From the NCBI GenBank assembly GCA_965209155.1, contig OZ242383.1:384001-448000 (forward strand): a stretch of DNA of 64,000 nucleotides, in the 5' to 3' direction. How positions within the stretch are numbered: position 1 is the first letter of the stretch; each line of letters opens with the position of its first letter. The DNA is from a bacterium (GTDB lineage Bacteria; SAR324; NAC60-12). Under the pieces are notes generated by a model that did not search any database, was not told the origin of the DNA, and worked only from the letters and a program-made list of their open reading frames with translations. This document shows, piece by piece, positions 26,956 through 37,696 of this stretch. The position numbers and the translations under genes were made by a program.

Positions 26956-29900
26956 TCATTTCGCCACATTATGGGGCTCAAACACCCCATAACTCCTCAT
27001 CTTTTTAAAAAGCGTCTTTCGGTCAATGCCAAGGTTGGAAGCAACTTTGGAGCGGTTCCAATGGTACCTTTCCAATTGCTTCAGGATATATTCTCTTTCG
27101 AAATGTGCCACCGCATCTCGGAGCAACTCTTCATTTGGCCAGATCGGTTCAAATTTCATCTCCGGCGAAGGGGCCGGCGCTCTTAAAGGGGCTCCCAGAA
27201 AATCAACCTCTCCCTGGGAGACATAGCGATGCAGAGTGTTTTGCAGCTCCCGGACATTGCCCGGCCAATCGTAGGCCTGCAGGGCTTCCAGAAATCCCGA
27301 TGTGATGGGCTTTCCTTGTTGAAGCGGTGCCGTGGATTTCAAAAAATGCTCGACCAGCAGAGGGATATCTTCTTTTCTTTCCCGGAGCGGGGGCAGGCGA
27401 ATGAGAAAGACATGGATCCGGTAATAGAAATCTTCTCGAATTTGCCCCGACTTTACCCGATGACTCAGGTCCTGGTTTGAAGCCGCGATGAACCGGATAT
27501 TGGGCTTGATGACCTCGTTGGTGCCAACCGGGGTAAAGCCATTGCCCTCCAGGACACGAAGTAGTTTAACCTGCAGGTTCAGTCCGATATCGGCCAGTTC
27601 ATCCAAGAACAAAGTCCCTTTGTCGGTCAGGTGCAGAAAACCGCTCTGATCGCTGTCGGCCCCGGTGAAAGCGCCTTTTTTGTGTCCAAAGAACTCGCTC
27701 TCGATCAGGTTTTCGGAGATGGCCCCGAGGTTCACCGGAAAAAACACTTGCTCCTTGCGGTCACTGGCATCGTGAATGGCGCGGGAGACCAGTTCTTTCC
27801 CGGTTCCCGATTCGCCGTAGAGGATCACGTTCACATCGGTGGCCGCGGCCCGTAAAATCTGCTCGTATACCCGCTGCATGGGCTCGCTTTTTCCGATAAT
27901 GTCACCAAACCGAAAGCGGTCTTTGCTGTGGGCTCGCAGGCGGACATTCTCCTCACGCAGTAAGGCTTCGCTCTCTTTCAAGACGTCCATCGCCTTTTTC
28001 TGGTGGGTTATATCCGTCACCAATCCCTCGGTAAACAACAACTGGCGGTTCTTTATGTCATAGACGGGACGGGTGTGCAGGGATGCCCAGAATGTGCTGC
28101 CGTCTTTACGGAAAAATTCCACTTCAAAACCTGAAACGGTGCGTCGTTGCCGCATGAGATCCAGGAACCGGTCGCGCTGCTCCGGATTCACATAAAGCTG
28201 GTGCCCAACATCGGTGATGGATGCCATCAGCTCTTCCGGGGAGGAGTAACCGAAGATCCGGGCCATCGCTGGATTGGCGCTCAGAAAGAGGCCGTCCTTG
28301 CTTGTCCGGTAGATGCCTTCCACGGCGTTTTCAAAAATTCCCCGGTATTCTTCCTCTGCCCGTTTCAGATTGTCGTAGAGCCTGGCATTTTCCAGAGAGA
28401 TGGCGATCTGAGAGGTGAGGTGATTGACCACCTCGAGTTGCCGGGAGGTGAAGGCTCCCTCAACCAGATTATTTTCCAGGTAAATGATTCCAGTCAAGGT
28501 GGACTGATGAATGATCGGCGCACACAGGATCGATTTGGGGTGCTCCTTTCTAATATAGTCATCCTCGGCAAACCGTTCTTCCCGGGAGGCGTTGTCCAAA
28601 ACCAGATGTTCCCGGGTTTGTTTCACCCAGGAGATGACCGAGAGGGAGAGGGATTCAGCCTTTTCCACAGGCAGGGAAAGCGGCAGGAAATATTCGACCT
28701 GCTCAGCGCTCCCGCTGGCAGCGATGAGAGACTGACCTTCGGTTTCCAGAATCAGGACCGCCGTCTGGGCCCCGGCATTTTCTATGAGAATGCCAAGCAG
28801 GATCTCCAGCAGCGGTTCCAGCTCGAGGGTACTGGAGATGGCCTCCGAGGCTTTGAGCATGGTCGCCAAATCCAGGTTGGCCGATGGGGACGCCACTGCT
28901 TCGGCACGATCATCGGAAATCAGCCCGAGATATCGCTCCCTCAGATGCGCGACCTTCCGTTTTGCCCCCCAGGCTTCGTACTTCTCCAACGCCGCCTGCA
29001 GATATGTTCGGGCGGGGTTGCTCTTCTCCTGGCTGAGGAAGTACCTGGCTGCCAGTTCATTGGCCAGGGCTTCCTCGTGGATAAATTCGCTCTCCCTGGC
29101 CAAAGCGATGGCCTGGTCATAATGGGGCAGGATTGCATCCCTTTGACCCTCCAAAACCCGCATCCGTTCGGCTTCCACCAGGTGGTATTTATGCAAATAA
29201 TTAGACGATGCGCAGCGCGCCAGTTTCTCCAATGTATCCTGATTGTCATCAACCTGGGTGAGGATCTCCTCCTTTTCCCCATCAGACACCTGGCTGTAAA
29301 CCGCCAGGAGAACGAGGGATTGGTAGCAGTTGGCCAGGGGATCAACAAGGGTATCCTTGTAGGTTTTCATCAGGTTGATCATTTCAAAAACCGTCTCCCG
29401 GGCTGCTTCGTATTCTTCGAATAGGTATAGCAGCACCAGCTTTTGGTAATTAAAACTGGTCTGGTCAACATATCGGTACTCTGCACCCGTCACCCTATGG
29501 TATTGATCCATGATGCCGGTCGACAGGGTAGAAGGTTCCTCCATCAGAATCGTGACCGCCTTCATCAGCATTTCCACCTCGGGAGACCCGATAATAAAAT
29601 TGATTTTCTTGAGAGCAAGCTTCAACGTTGATAATTCCCCTTTCAGCCAATTCAACTCTTTCCCGCACATAAACGCAATCTGACACCTTGTGACGGCGCT
29701 AATACCGGCATTGGTGAAATCTCCCGTCTCGATTCCCATCTTATGAGCTTCCAGCAGGGGATCCAATGTCGCGGATAGCGGCTCCCGGTAGAACCGGATC
29801 GAGCGGTTGAAAACCCTGGAAATTCTACAGTTTATTTCCTTCAGATCAAGCGCTTCCATGATCTGTATGCCCAGACGACCGAGTTCATAACCAAATTCAA

Positions 29901-32900
29901 AATCCTGCATAAACACGCAATATATTATTCCAAGGAGACAATAGAATTCGGGTGAATGTTCCGGATGAAAATGATTGAGCAGAAAAGAGATACGTTTTAA
30001 AGCGACGGGCTGCCAAAGACCATCATCCAAGGTAGCCCCACTAGTCTCGCCATATGCCACATGAAGCTCATATAGGAGATGGACAAGGACCCCGGCATCC
30101 GGTTGGGTGAGCGGCTCAAACCGCATCACGTCTTCGACACTTTTACCGGCCAGGCTGGATTTGATTTGAACGAGGGTTTGCTGCCACTGGTCTAAAGACA
30201 AATGGCTGAGTTGACACCCCAATTTCTCCAGAATTTCCTCGCCCGTTTCCATGGCCTTCTTTAATTCACCCTGGGTGGTGTACGCCTGGATCAGGCAGTG
30301 ATAAACATTGGCCAGATCCAGGTCCTTTTGGGCGTTGTCTTTTACGGCACCGGCCAGCTTCTCCATCAACTCGAAGCGGCCGCAGAGCCATGACATCTCC
30401 GTGGCTTCGTCGTGCAGGGATAAGGTCAGGAGGTATTGCCGTTTCCAGGCGGCGGCTCCTGAAAGCTCCAGGCCCAGGGTAAAATATTCCAGGGCCTGTT
30501 CAAAAGCCGAAGCCGCTCTGGCCTGACGACCGGCTTTCTGGTTGAGTTCTGCCAGACGCGATCGTTCTTTCCATTTATCCTTCACCCTCCGGGCCAGGTT
30601 GAGATGATGGACGATGTCAAAAAGCAGATCTTCACCTTTCTCCGGAACGTATTGCTTGAGCAGGCTCTGACCGATTTGAAGATGGACCGACTGTTTCTCC
30701 TTTTGGGCAATGAGGGCATAGGCAGCCTGCTGCACCCGGTCATGCAGGAATTTGTAGCTGTTGCTCTCCGCGCTCGCTCCGTCGGTTGGATGATCCGGCT
30801 CTGGAGCCTGGGAAAAACCGAGGATCAACCCGGTTTCCAGGGCCGGCAACAGGTTCTCATCGATCTCCCCGCTTCCGGCTCCGCTGATCAGTTCCAAGGA
30901 TTCCAGGTCAAAGGTATTGCCGATACAGGCCGCCAGGCTCAAGAGTCGCCTGGTTTCTTTAGGAAACCGATGGAGCCGGTCAATCAGCAACGCCACCACA
31001 TTATCGGTCACCGCCAGGAATTCGATGGCAGCCAGCTCCCAGATCCATCGTTTTTCCTCAGGGGAGTAGCGGATCAGGTTCTTCTCGGAGAGTAGGGTCA
31101 AAAACTGGCTCACAAAGAAGGGATTGCCGCCGGTTTTGCGCACCAGGAGTTCGGCCAGCGGTTTGGCCTCCTCAGTATGGCAGTGGCAGGTATGGACGAG
31201 CAGTTGTGAGATGTTCTCCGGGTTCAGGGGCTTTAAGGTGATCGTTTGCACAGGCAGACCTGATTTTTTGATCACCTCACGACTGATCATCAGACGGTGA
31301 TCGGCCTCCACCTCGTTGTCGCGATAGGCCCCCAGGAAAAGCAGAGGTTTCCCCTCCGGATCCTGAGCGATGCGTTCCACCAGCTTGAGGGTATCGGCGT
31401 CCACCCACTGCAAGTCGTCCAGAAAAATAACCAGAGGATGGGTCTTTTCACAGAAAAGGTCGATGAAATCCAGTAAAACGCCAGTAAAGCGATTCCAGGA
31501 CTCCAGCGCTCCCATGTCCGGCAGCGGGAGTTGCGGACCGACCACCTGTTCCAGTTCCGGGATCACCCGGGTTATCAGTTGTCCGTTGGGCCCCAGTGCA
31601 GCCCGTATCCTGCTTTTCCAACGCTCCATTCCAGATTTCTCTTCGACTGATACCTCCCGGATGAGTTCCCGCAGCGCCTGGATCAGCGCGCTGTAAGGGA
31701 TATTCTGCCGGAGCTGGTCAAACTTGCCGGAGATGAAGAAGCCGTTTTTTTGGGCAACGGACCGGTGAATTTCACCGACCAGGGCGGTTTTACCGACACC
31801 GGCGCTTCCCGAGATCAGCATCATCTCGGTCGCTCCCTGGCTGACTCGCTCCAGGGCAGCCTCCAGAGCGGTGATTTCATCCTCCCGACCGTAAAGCCCC
31901 GGGGCGACCTGCAGTTCTTTGGGAACGTCCTGGCGGCCCAGGGGAAAGTCGGACAGGCTCCCCTGGTTTTCCAGTTGCTCCAGACATGTCAGGAGATCGG
32001 CTGCCAGACCCGAGTGACTCTGGTAGCGCGCCTCGGCACGCTTGGCCAGCAGTTTCATCACCATATTAGAAAGGGGTTTGGGCACCTGCGGCGCCATCTG
32101 GTCCAGGGATACAGGCTGCCGGGCAATGTGAGCGTGGATGATTTCCATGGCCTCCCGGGATTGGAATGGCACCCTTCCAGTGAAAAGTTCATAAAGGGTG
32201 GTGCCCAAGGAATAAAAATCACTGCGATAATCGAGGGGGCGGTTCATCCGCCCGGTCTGCTCGGGAGAGATATAGGGCAGGGTTTCCCCGCTTAGCTGGG
32301 GACTCAACGTCGTCAAATTTTCCTTAGGCAACCGGGTGGCCAGGCCGAATCCGGTCAGTTTGACCGTTCCCGATGCCGGATCGACAAAAATATTGAACGG
32401 ATTGACCATTTTATGCAGGATGCCCTGCCGGTGCACTTCTTTCAGAATACCGATCAGTGAAAGCGCTACCTTCAGCGAGTCCAGCAGGTCGAGCCGGGCT
32501 GAGTCCATCAGCTTTCTTAAAGGAATCCCTTCGGTGTTTTCCAGGATCAAAGCCCATCCGTTCTCACACCGCACCAGCTCCTCTGACCTGAGGACCCCAT
32601 CGATCTTGAGAGTCTGAGTGATCTCATGCTCATGCCGTATTTCCGCCAGCTCCTGCGCGCTCTGCTGGGATATGGGTCCCTTGATCAGAACCAAAAGCCC
32701 ATCCCTTTGCCGCCTTCCACGCCAGAACCAGGCCCGGCTGCTTTCAAAAATGACCTCCTCCAGCGAATAACCCGGAATCTCCGGTTTTTCCAGACTGAGA
32801 ACGGACTTCGTTTTGTTCACAACCGGTTTTGGAGGTACAGGAGAGGTTTTATTCGCTTTGGCCGCAGATTTCCGCGGATTTCCGCGGATGTGAGAAGTTT

Positions 32901-33243
32901 TGAGTTTAACCTCCTGCTGCTTGCGGCCTTGAGAACGGTTTTGAATCTTACCCTCTGCTTGATCTCCTTTATTCTTCTTCGCATCCGCCGGATCACGATT
33001 CAGGGCAATATCATGCAGCAGCTTTTTAGCGATTTTTCGGGCCTCCCTGGTGGTCAATGACCCATGAATACCAATGGTATAGCGCCTCGAACGTCCCTCG
33101 ATGCGGTACTGCAAGAGATAGACCCGTCTGCCCTTGGGAGTTATTTTACAGCCGAACATCGGCAACTCCGTGTCCCACATAATGCTGTCTTTAGCCCCAG
33201 GCTTGAGGGACTCGACAGCCTGTTTAGTGATTTTGTCTTTCAT
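26956..33243 (-). CDS. Giant sigma54 enhancer-binding protein: integrase arm-type DNA-binding domain + pseudokinase + AAA ATPase + TPR-like + GAF + PAS + sigma54 AAA + Fis HTH
   Basis: N-terminal WDTELPMFGCKITPKGRRVY..YTIG..LT..EAR..DP; YISPEQTGR; GSAGVGKT; FLDDLQW; ISLENARLY; GESGTGKE, GAFTGA, WPGNVREL; C-terminal HTH. Confidence 0.9.
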   Translation of the reverse strand: MKDKITKQAVESLKPGAKDSIMWDTELPMFGCKITPKGRRVYLLQYRIEGRSRRYTIGIHGSLTTREARKIAKKLLHDIALNRDPADAKKNKGDQAEGKIQNRSQGRKQQEVKLKTSHIRGNPRKSAAKANKTSPVPPKPVVNKTKSVLSLEKPEIPGYSLEEVIFESSRAWFWRGRRQRDGLLVLIKGPISQQSAQELAEIRHEHEITQTLKIDGVLRSEELVRCENGWALILENTEGIPLRKLMDSARLDLLDSLKVALSLIGILKEVHRQGILHKMVNPFNIFVDPASGTVKLTGFGLATRLPKENLTTLSPQLSGETLPYISPEQTGRMNRPLDYRSDFYSLGTTLYELFTGRVPFQSREAMEIIHAHIARQPVSLDQMAPQVPKPLSNMVMKLLAKRAEARYQSHSGLAADLLTCLEQLENQGSLSDFPLGRQDVPKELQVAPGLYGREDEITALEAALERVSQGATEMMLISGSAGVGKTALVGEIHRSVAQKNGFFISGKFDQLRQNIPYSALIQALRELIREVSVEEKSGMERWKSRIRAALGPNGQLITRVIPELEQVVGPQLPLPDMGALESWNRFTGVLLDFIDLFCEKTHPLVIFLDDLQWVDADTLKLVERIAQDPEGKPLLFLGAYRDNEVEADHRLMISREVIKKSGLPVQTITLKPLNPENISQLLVHTCHCHTEEAKPLAELLVRKTGGNPFFVSQFLTLLSEKNLIRYSPEEKRWIWELAAIEFLAVTDNVVALLIDRLHRFPKETRRLLSLAACIGNTFDLESLELISGAGSGEIDENLLPALETGLILGFSQAPEPDHPTDGASAESNSYKFLHDRVQQAAYALIAQKEKQSVHLQIGQSLLKQYVPEKGEDLLFDIVHHLNLARRVKDKWKERSRLAELNQKAGRQARAASAFEQALEYFTLGLELSGAAAWKRQYLLTLSLHDEATEMSWLCGRFELMEKLAGAVKDNAQKDLDLANVYHCLIQAYTTQGELKKAMETGEEILEKLGCQLSHLSLDQWQQTLVQIKSSLAGKSVEDVMRFEPLTQPDAGVLVHLLYELHVAYGETSGATLDDGLWQPVALKRISFLLNHFHPEHSPEFYCLLGIIYCVFMQDFEFGYELGRLGIQIMEALDLKEINCRISRVFNRSIRFYREPLSATLDPLLEAHKMGIETGDFTNAGISAVTRCQIAFMCGKELNWLKGELSTLKLALKKINFIIGSPEVEMLMKAVTILMEEPSTLSTGIMDQYHRVTGAEYRYVDQTSFNYQKLVLLYLFEEYEAARETVFEMINLMKTYKDTLVDPLANCYQSLVLLAVYSQVSDGEKEEILTQVDDNQDTLEKLARCASSNYLHKYHLVEAERMRVLEGQRDAILPHYDQAIALARESEFIHEEALANELAARYFLSQEKSNPARTYLQAALEKYEAWGAKRKVAHLRERYLGLISDDRAEAVASPSANLDLATMLKASEAISSTLELEPLLEILLGILIENAGAQTAVLILETEGQSLIAASGSAEQVEYFLPLSLPVEKAESLSLSVISWVKQTREHLVLDNASREERFAEDDYIRKEHPKSILCAPIIHQSTLTGIIYLENNLVEGAFTSRQLEVVNHLTSQIAISLENARLYDNLKRAEEEYRGIFENAVEGIYRTSKDGLFLSANPAMARIFGYSSPEELMASITDVGHQLYVNPEQRDRFLDLMRQRRTVSGFEVEFFRKDGSTFWASLHTRPVYDIKNRQLLFTEGLVTDITHQKKAMDVLKESEALLREENVRLRAHSKDRFRFGDIIGKSEPMQRVYEQILRAAATDVNVILYGESGTGKELVSRAIHDASDRKEQVFFPVNLGAISENLIESEFFGHKKGAFTGADSDQSGFLHLTDKGTLFLDELADIGLNLQVKLLRVLEGNGFTPVGTNEVIKPNIRFIAASNQDLSHRVKSGQIREDFYYRIHVFLIRLPPLRERKEDIPLLVEHFLKSTAPLQQGKPITSGFLEALQAYDWPGNVRELQNTLHRYVSQGEVDFLGAPLRAPAPSPEMKFEPIWPNEELLRDAVAHFEREYILKQLERYHWNRSKVASNLGIDRKTLFKKMRSYGVFEPHNVAK

Positions 33244-33257
33244 GACTCTGGCCTAAT

Positions 33258-33530
33258 TGCGATAGCAAATAGAAAGCAATCCCTCTGCAATATCAAATAC
33301 TGGATCGTCTTGATCAGGCAAGTATATAATAAACAAACAGGACGCAACCTGTCAACGGAATTATTTGTCTGGTGGATGGCCGAATCCTGGAGAGATGAGA
33401 TGTTGAGTTGCTTACTGAAATCGGGTCTGAATGCGATAGCATATAGATAGCATTTCCTCTGAATTTTCAGGAGCTGGGTTATCTTGATCAAACGAATAAA
33501 TAGTAAGCAAACAGGACGCAATCTGTCTAC
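33258..33530. repeat. Two imperfect 99-bp direct repeats upstream of the giant regulator
   Basis: 33258-33356 and 33432-33530 share TGCGATAGCA, TCTTGATCA and CAAACAGGACGCAA blocks without gaps. Confidence 0.8.
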
Positions 33531-33702
33531 TTGATCCACTTTTTCGGTGCAGCGTTTGCTTTGCGGAAAGGCCACGGAATTCTCATTGGACTGTTGGAAC
33601 AGCAAAGGTAAATCAAACCCTGCTGTGCTATATAAAGAAATCACTTTGGGATTTCGGATACCAGCGATTGCTTTTACAAATGGTAGTGTGAGGGATCAAC
33701 TG

Positions 33703-33792
33703 ATGATAAAAGAAGAAATTCAGAAGTATCTACGAGCATTGAATGACGAACTCCAGCGTATCGATGTAAAAGGAGAGGTTTGCCTTTGTTGA
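33703..33792 (+). pseudogene. N-terminal relic resembling a nucleotidyltransferase-fold (DUF6036-like) protein
   Basis: MIKEEIQKYLRALNDELQRIDVKGEVCLC*; ends where a GG motif would be expected. Confidence 0.35.
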
Positions 33793-33997
33793 CAGGCTTC
33801 TTGAAGAGCCTCGAGGTGGGGAATTGATGAAAGGGAATCAATATATTTTTGAGCTTTCGAGAGCATAAAGTCCTTTCCGGACTCTATGCCAGGCAAAATC
33901 TGTGCTTAAATCGATGGGTTCTCTGAAGATACCTGAATAGTTACAGTGGATGGCGCTTCTTCCAACCGCCACATCTTTGGAAAGGAATTGAAGCATT

Positions 33998-35239
33998 TCA
34001 TAGTTTATCAGCCAGCCGTTTCAACAGGATTTGGGCAATTTGAGGTTTTCCCACCATCTTTTCTACAGGCGAGTTTCGTGCTACCAACCAAGCCACTTGC
34101 TCCCCCTCCGTGCCTTTTTCTTCCCCCCGGTTTGCTACAACAAGAGAAGATCCTTTTTTCAAATGAAACCGAGCAATTGTCATTAATTTTTCATGGGTAA
34201 CCTGTTCTTCGTACTTAAAGGTGACCATAAAAAGCTTGGGGAATTGTTCAGAGACCTGTTGGGTGATTTTTTCGGTAGGAATCAATTTAAGGGTTTGAGA
34301 TTGTCCACTGGGCATTTTTCCGTGAAATATAGATTCTGGTCGATAATCCGCAACAGCGGCTGAAAAAATACCTGCAGAGATCGGGTGAGTTTGAATCATT
34401 TGTTTGACGGTTTCCCTGTAATCGTCATAAGTTTCAACAACTCGAGTCTGCACATAGTCTGGAGAAGAATGGCTGCCTGCACCCAAAATCAAGTGTACGT
34501 TTGCACCTTGAAAATAAGCCTCTTTGGCAATTTCGATGGAAAGAGCGCCAGTGAAACGAGTGGTGATGCAGCGAATATGATCCAGGTACACGGGAGTCGA
34601 ACCTCCTGTTATCAATACATCCAAGCCTTTCAGAGGAGCGGGAGGGATTCCCCGAATTGTTTCGGCAACCAATGTTTCTTTGGAGGGTAATTTATTTTTC
34701 CCGTTTTCCTGACGTGGCGGAATAAGAACGACTCCCATGGAGCGAAGCTTTTTCAATGACTCGCTCAGGATCCTGTTGTGCAAATTACCATGCATCGCAG
34801 GAGCGATCAAAATCGTCGATTGGTTCTGTTCCAGCTTCCCCAGAGCAGACGCCAATGTGGATGAAACAACACAATCGGCAATTCCATGGACCAACTTGTT
34901 GATCACATTATAAGTGGCCGGGGCAAGCAAATAGGCATCAAATGGAGCGGAATCGCTCAAATGCTCGGCTTCCGCAGTAAACTCATCGATCACTCGGTTG
35001 AGAGAAGTCCATTCGAGAGCGTCTTTGCTTACATAACGCAGACCTTCTCTTGTAATAAAAACTACAACCTCAGCACCTTCTCGACGTAGCTCCCGCACCA
35101 GGTCTGGTGCGCGATATGCGGCAATACTGCCTGTGAGCAAAAGCGCGATCCGTTTTCCTCTCAGATGATTGCCTCTTTCTCGGACGTCGTGATCTTTCAG
35201 TTCAGACGGGGGAGGCGGGTCTAAATCCCAATCCATCAT
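33998..35239 (-). CDS. coaBC: Phosphopantothenoylcysteine decarboxylase/synthetase
   Basis: TGSIAAY, APAT.N, APAMH, ITGG.T, SAAVADY, FKYE, VVAN. Confidence 0.9.
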   Translation of the reverse strand: MMDWDLDPPPPSELKDHDVRERGNHLRGKRIALLLTGSIAAYRAPDLVRELRREGAEVVVFITREGLRYVSKDALEWTSLNRVIDEFTAEAEHLSDSAPFDAYLLAPATYNVINKLVHGIADCVVSSTLASALGKLEQNQSTILIAPAMHGNLHNRILSESLKKLRSMGVVLIPPRQENGKNKLPSKETLVAETIRGIPPAPLKGLDVLITGGSTPVYLDHIRCITTRFTGALSIEIAKEAYFQGANVHLILGAGSHSSPDYVQTRVVETYDDYRETVKQMIQTHPISAGIFSAAVADYRPESIFHGKMPSGQSQTLKLIPTEKITQQVSEQFPKLFMVTFKYEEQVTHEKLMTIARFHLKKGSSLVVANRGEEKGTEGEQVAWLVARNSPVEKMVGKPQIAQILLKRLADKL

Positions 35240-35621
35240 TCGTCTCCTGTTTTTTACATTCTTATCATCGAGTATTTCCAGAAAAAGTATGACTGGAAAG
35301 CAATTTCAATGATTTCTATTTGTAAAATTCATAAAATATAGCACAAATGTCAGGAAATTGCCGAGGATGCCTCATGGAAAGTATTCCCGGCCCCCTGAAC
35401 CGGGCGCTGAAGGCGCATCGAAATTTAATTTTTTCGAGTGCTTGCCATCCATCAATAGTCACCGGAGGTCCCCTCCCAATTTCACCCCTTCCGCGACTTC
35501 TCACCGCCAACCCCTCCCTATGCGGGACATATCATAATCGTAAGTGCAAAACTGCGCGAAGTGGTCCTGAAAGGGCTTAACATATTAACCCAGGACAACG
35601 CCCTGGGATGTATGGGAGAAA

Positions 35622-36167
35622 CTACAATAAATGAAATTCTTTGAGAACGTTTGCCAGAGGTGGGTCGGTGGCGGCTAATTTGCGTAAGGCAGCGATCAAG
35701 TCTTGCAAACGGTTGTCTTTTTTGATCTCTTGCACCGCTTGCGCTACAGCCCGGTCGATAATCGCTTCTTCTTTAGGAGCGGCGTCCCGCTCCAACGTTT
35801 CCAGGGTCTCTTGTTTTGCTTTGCGAATAACAGTGCGTCGATCCCAATAAGCAAATCCGATGACACCCAGAGTCAGGACGGTAAAAATGCCGGCAATCAG
35901 CTGCAAGGTATTCATCATCTGTTCAAAGCGCTTATCGACTTGTTCAAAGCGTTTGTTCATGTCTTCCCTTAATTCGTCAATGCGCTTATCGACTTGTTCA
36001 AAGCGTTGATCGGTAGCTTCCATAAAGAGCGTTAAGGTGGTTTCCAGCCGAATGATACGCTCTCGATCTTCCTGGGTAAATCCCATCGTTTGTTGCCCGA
36101 ATACCGCCACATGGCTCAACAACAAGCTCACTCCTCCCATCAACCAAATGATCCAAAATCTTCTCAT
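35622..36167 (-). CDS. Membrane-anchored coiled-coil protein with KRFEQVD heptad repeats
   Basis: GGAGG RBS, signal peptide, repeated RFEQVDK, TM helix then WDRRT. Confidence 0.75.
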   Translation of the reverse strand: MRRFWIIWLMGGVSLLLSHVAVFGQQTMGFTQEDRERIIRLETTLTLFMEATDQRFEQVDKRIDELREDMNKRFEQVDKRFEQMMNTLQLIAGIFTVLTLGVIGFAYWDRRTVIRKAKQETLETLERDAAPKEEAIIDRAVAQAVQEIKKDNRLQDLIAALRKLAATDPPLANVLKEFHLL

Positions 36168-36661
36168 AACCTCCCTTTTTCCCCAAACTGGAATAACTGC
36201 TTGCAGTTTACCACTGTTCGTCCTTTCCTGCAATTGTCTGGCAAACGATGAAATTTGATCGCTTTAAATTTTAAACAATCGCTCTCTATCTACGAGTGGG
36301 TGAGGACCGTTTCGACACCACGGTGGTTAAACGCAAACGAGACCTCCTGCCCGACTGATCAATCCTTTCAGCTGATAAACTCGCAAAATTTGTCCTCGTA
36401 AAAAAGAGGAACGACCCCTCCCTTTTTCCTTCCTGAGAATCGCTCATTTTCCTTCCTCCTCGTATTTGGTATTTGAGAAAATCGGGTTCGAGAGAATCTA
36501 CTCATTGGATTGGAATTTTTACGAGAATCTGATAAGGATAGGAAAATCGGAATGAGAATGGAATTGTGGTTGCATATAATCCATAGCGCCATTAGCGAGA
36601 TTGTCAAACTAACTACAGTCCAATTATGGAGCTGGAAACTGCAAGTAAAAACGACAAACTT

Positions 36662-37696
36662 ATGAAGAAACTCATTTTGTTTCATCTTTTTATAGTGTTT
36701 TCTCCTGCATTGTGGGCTCAAACACAAATCCCGGAAGGGCTGATTTTGTATGAAAAACCAGCGGCCACTCTACTCATTGTGGACAAAACCCAATGCTATA
36801 TGAGTGTATTTCAAAAAAAATCATCCTGGGAATTGATTGAACAGTATCAATGTACGACCGGAAAAACCCCGGGTGATAAACAAAAGGAAGGGGATTTAAA
36901 AACTCCCACGGGCTTGTACTTTTTTACGGATGCCTGGACCGGAGAAGAATTGGTGCAGAACTATGGAACCGCAGCAAAAATTTATGGTGCAGGGGCTTTT
37001 CAACTAAATTATCCCAATTATCTGGATAAAGTCCTTTTCCGAAAAAATGGATATGGTATTTGGCTTCATGGGACGGATCAAGGACATCCTTCCGCAACTC
37101 GGGGTTGCGTTTCTACGACCAATGCCGATCTTCTGAAAATTGCAAATTTCATCAATTTGCACGAAACCCCATTGATCATTGAAGAATCGATTGAATATGT
37201 TTCAGCAGTTGATATTCAAAATGTGAGGAAGGAGTTACTTGATTTCATTGAAAAATGGAGAGTAGCTTGGGAATCGGATCAAATGGACCGATATTTATCA
37301 TTTTACTCTAGTGATTTCAAAACAACTCGATTCAACTATCCGGGTTGGAAACAATACAAAAGTTGGACGAATAAGAAAAATCAGAATAGGCTGATCAGCA
37401 TTCGCGATATTTCCATTTTAAAGGCCAAAGGGATATATAATATTCAATTTGTGCAACATTTTCATTCTTCGGGAATAAATGATGTTGGTCAGAAACGTCT
37501 CTATGTGGTGAAAGAGGGAGATCAATTTCGCATCATCAGTGAAACGTGGAAAGCTTTGAAATCAACTCCCTCTCACCAGCAGCACGCCCTCAAAAAACAT
37601 GCCCATCAAGAAATGGCAGTCGACTTGAGTGAAGAGACTCTAATAAATAATCTTAGTACCCGTTCCCTTGTCAGTAAACAATTCGGTAATCACTGA
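36662..37696 (+). CDS. L,D-transpeptidase (YkuD) family protein with NTF2-like C-terminus
   Basis: EGDLKTPTG, LNYPN, GIWLHGT..TRGC; WRVAWES..YLSFYS. Confidence 0.85.
   Translation: MKKLILFHLFIVFSPALWAQTQIPEGLILYEKPAATLLIVDKTQCYMSVFQKKSSWELIEQYQCTTGKTPGDKQKEGDLKTPTGLYFFTDAWTGEELVQNYGTAAKIYGAGAFQLNYPNYLDKVLFRKNGYGIWLHGTDQGHPSATRGCVSTTNADLLKIANFINLHETPLIIEESIEYVSAVDIQNVRKELLDFIEKWRVAWESDQMDRYLSFYSSDFKTTRFNYPGWKQYKSWTNKKNQNRLISIRDISILKAKGIYNIQFVQHFHSSGINDVGQKRLYVVKEGDQFRIISETWKALKSTPSHQQHALKKHAHQEMAVDLSEETLINNLSTRSLVSKQFGNH

Noticed and set aside
28147..29424. 425-aa plus-strand ORF
   Set aside because: Antisense shadow of the GC-rich 2095-aa gene.
32974..33243. Functional prophage integrase
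   Set aside because: Only the arm-binding domain is present; no catalytic tyrosine recombinase domain or phage genes.
33240..33644. 134-aa ORF with an internal repeat
   Set aside because: Explained by the non-coding 99-bp direct repeat; no protein-like features.
35920..36010. Short nucleotide repeats
   Set aside because: They simply encode the KRFEQVD heptads of the coiled-coil protein.
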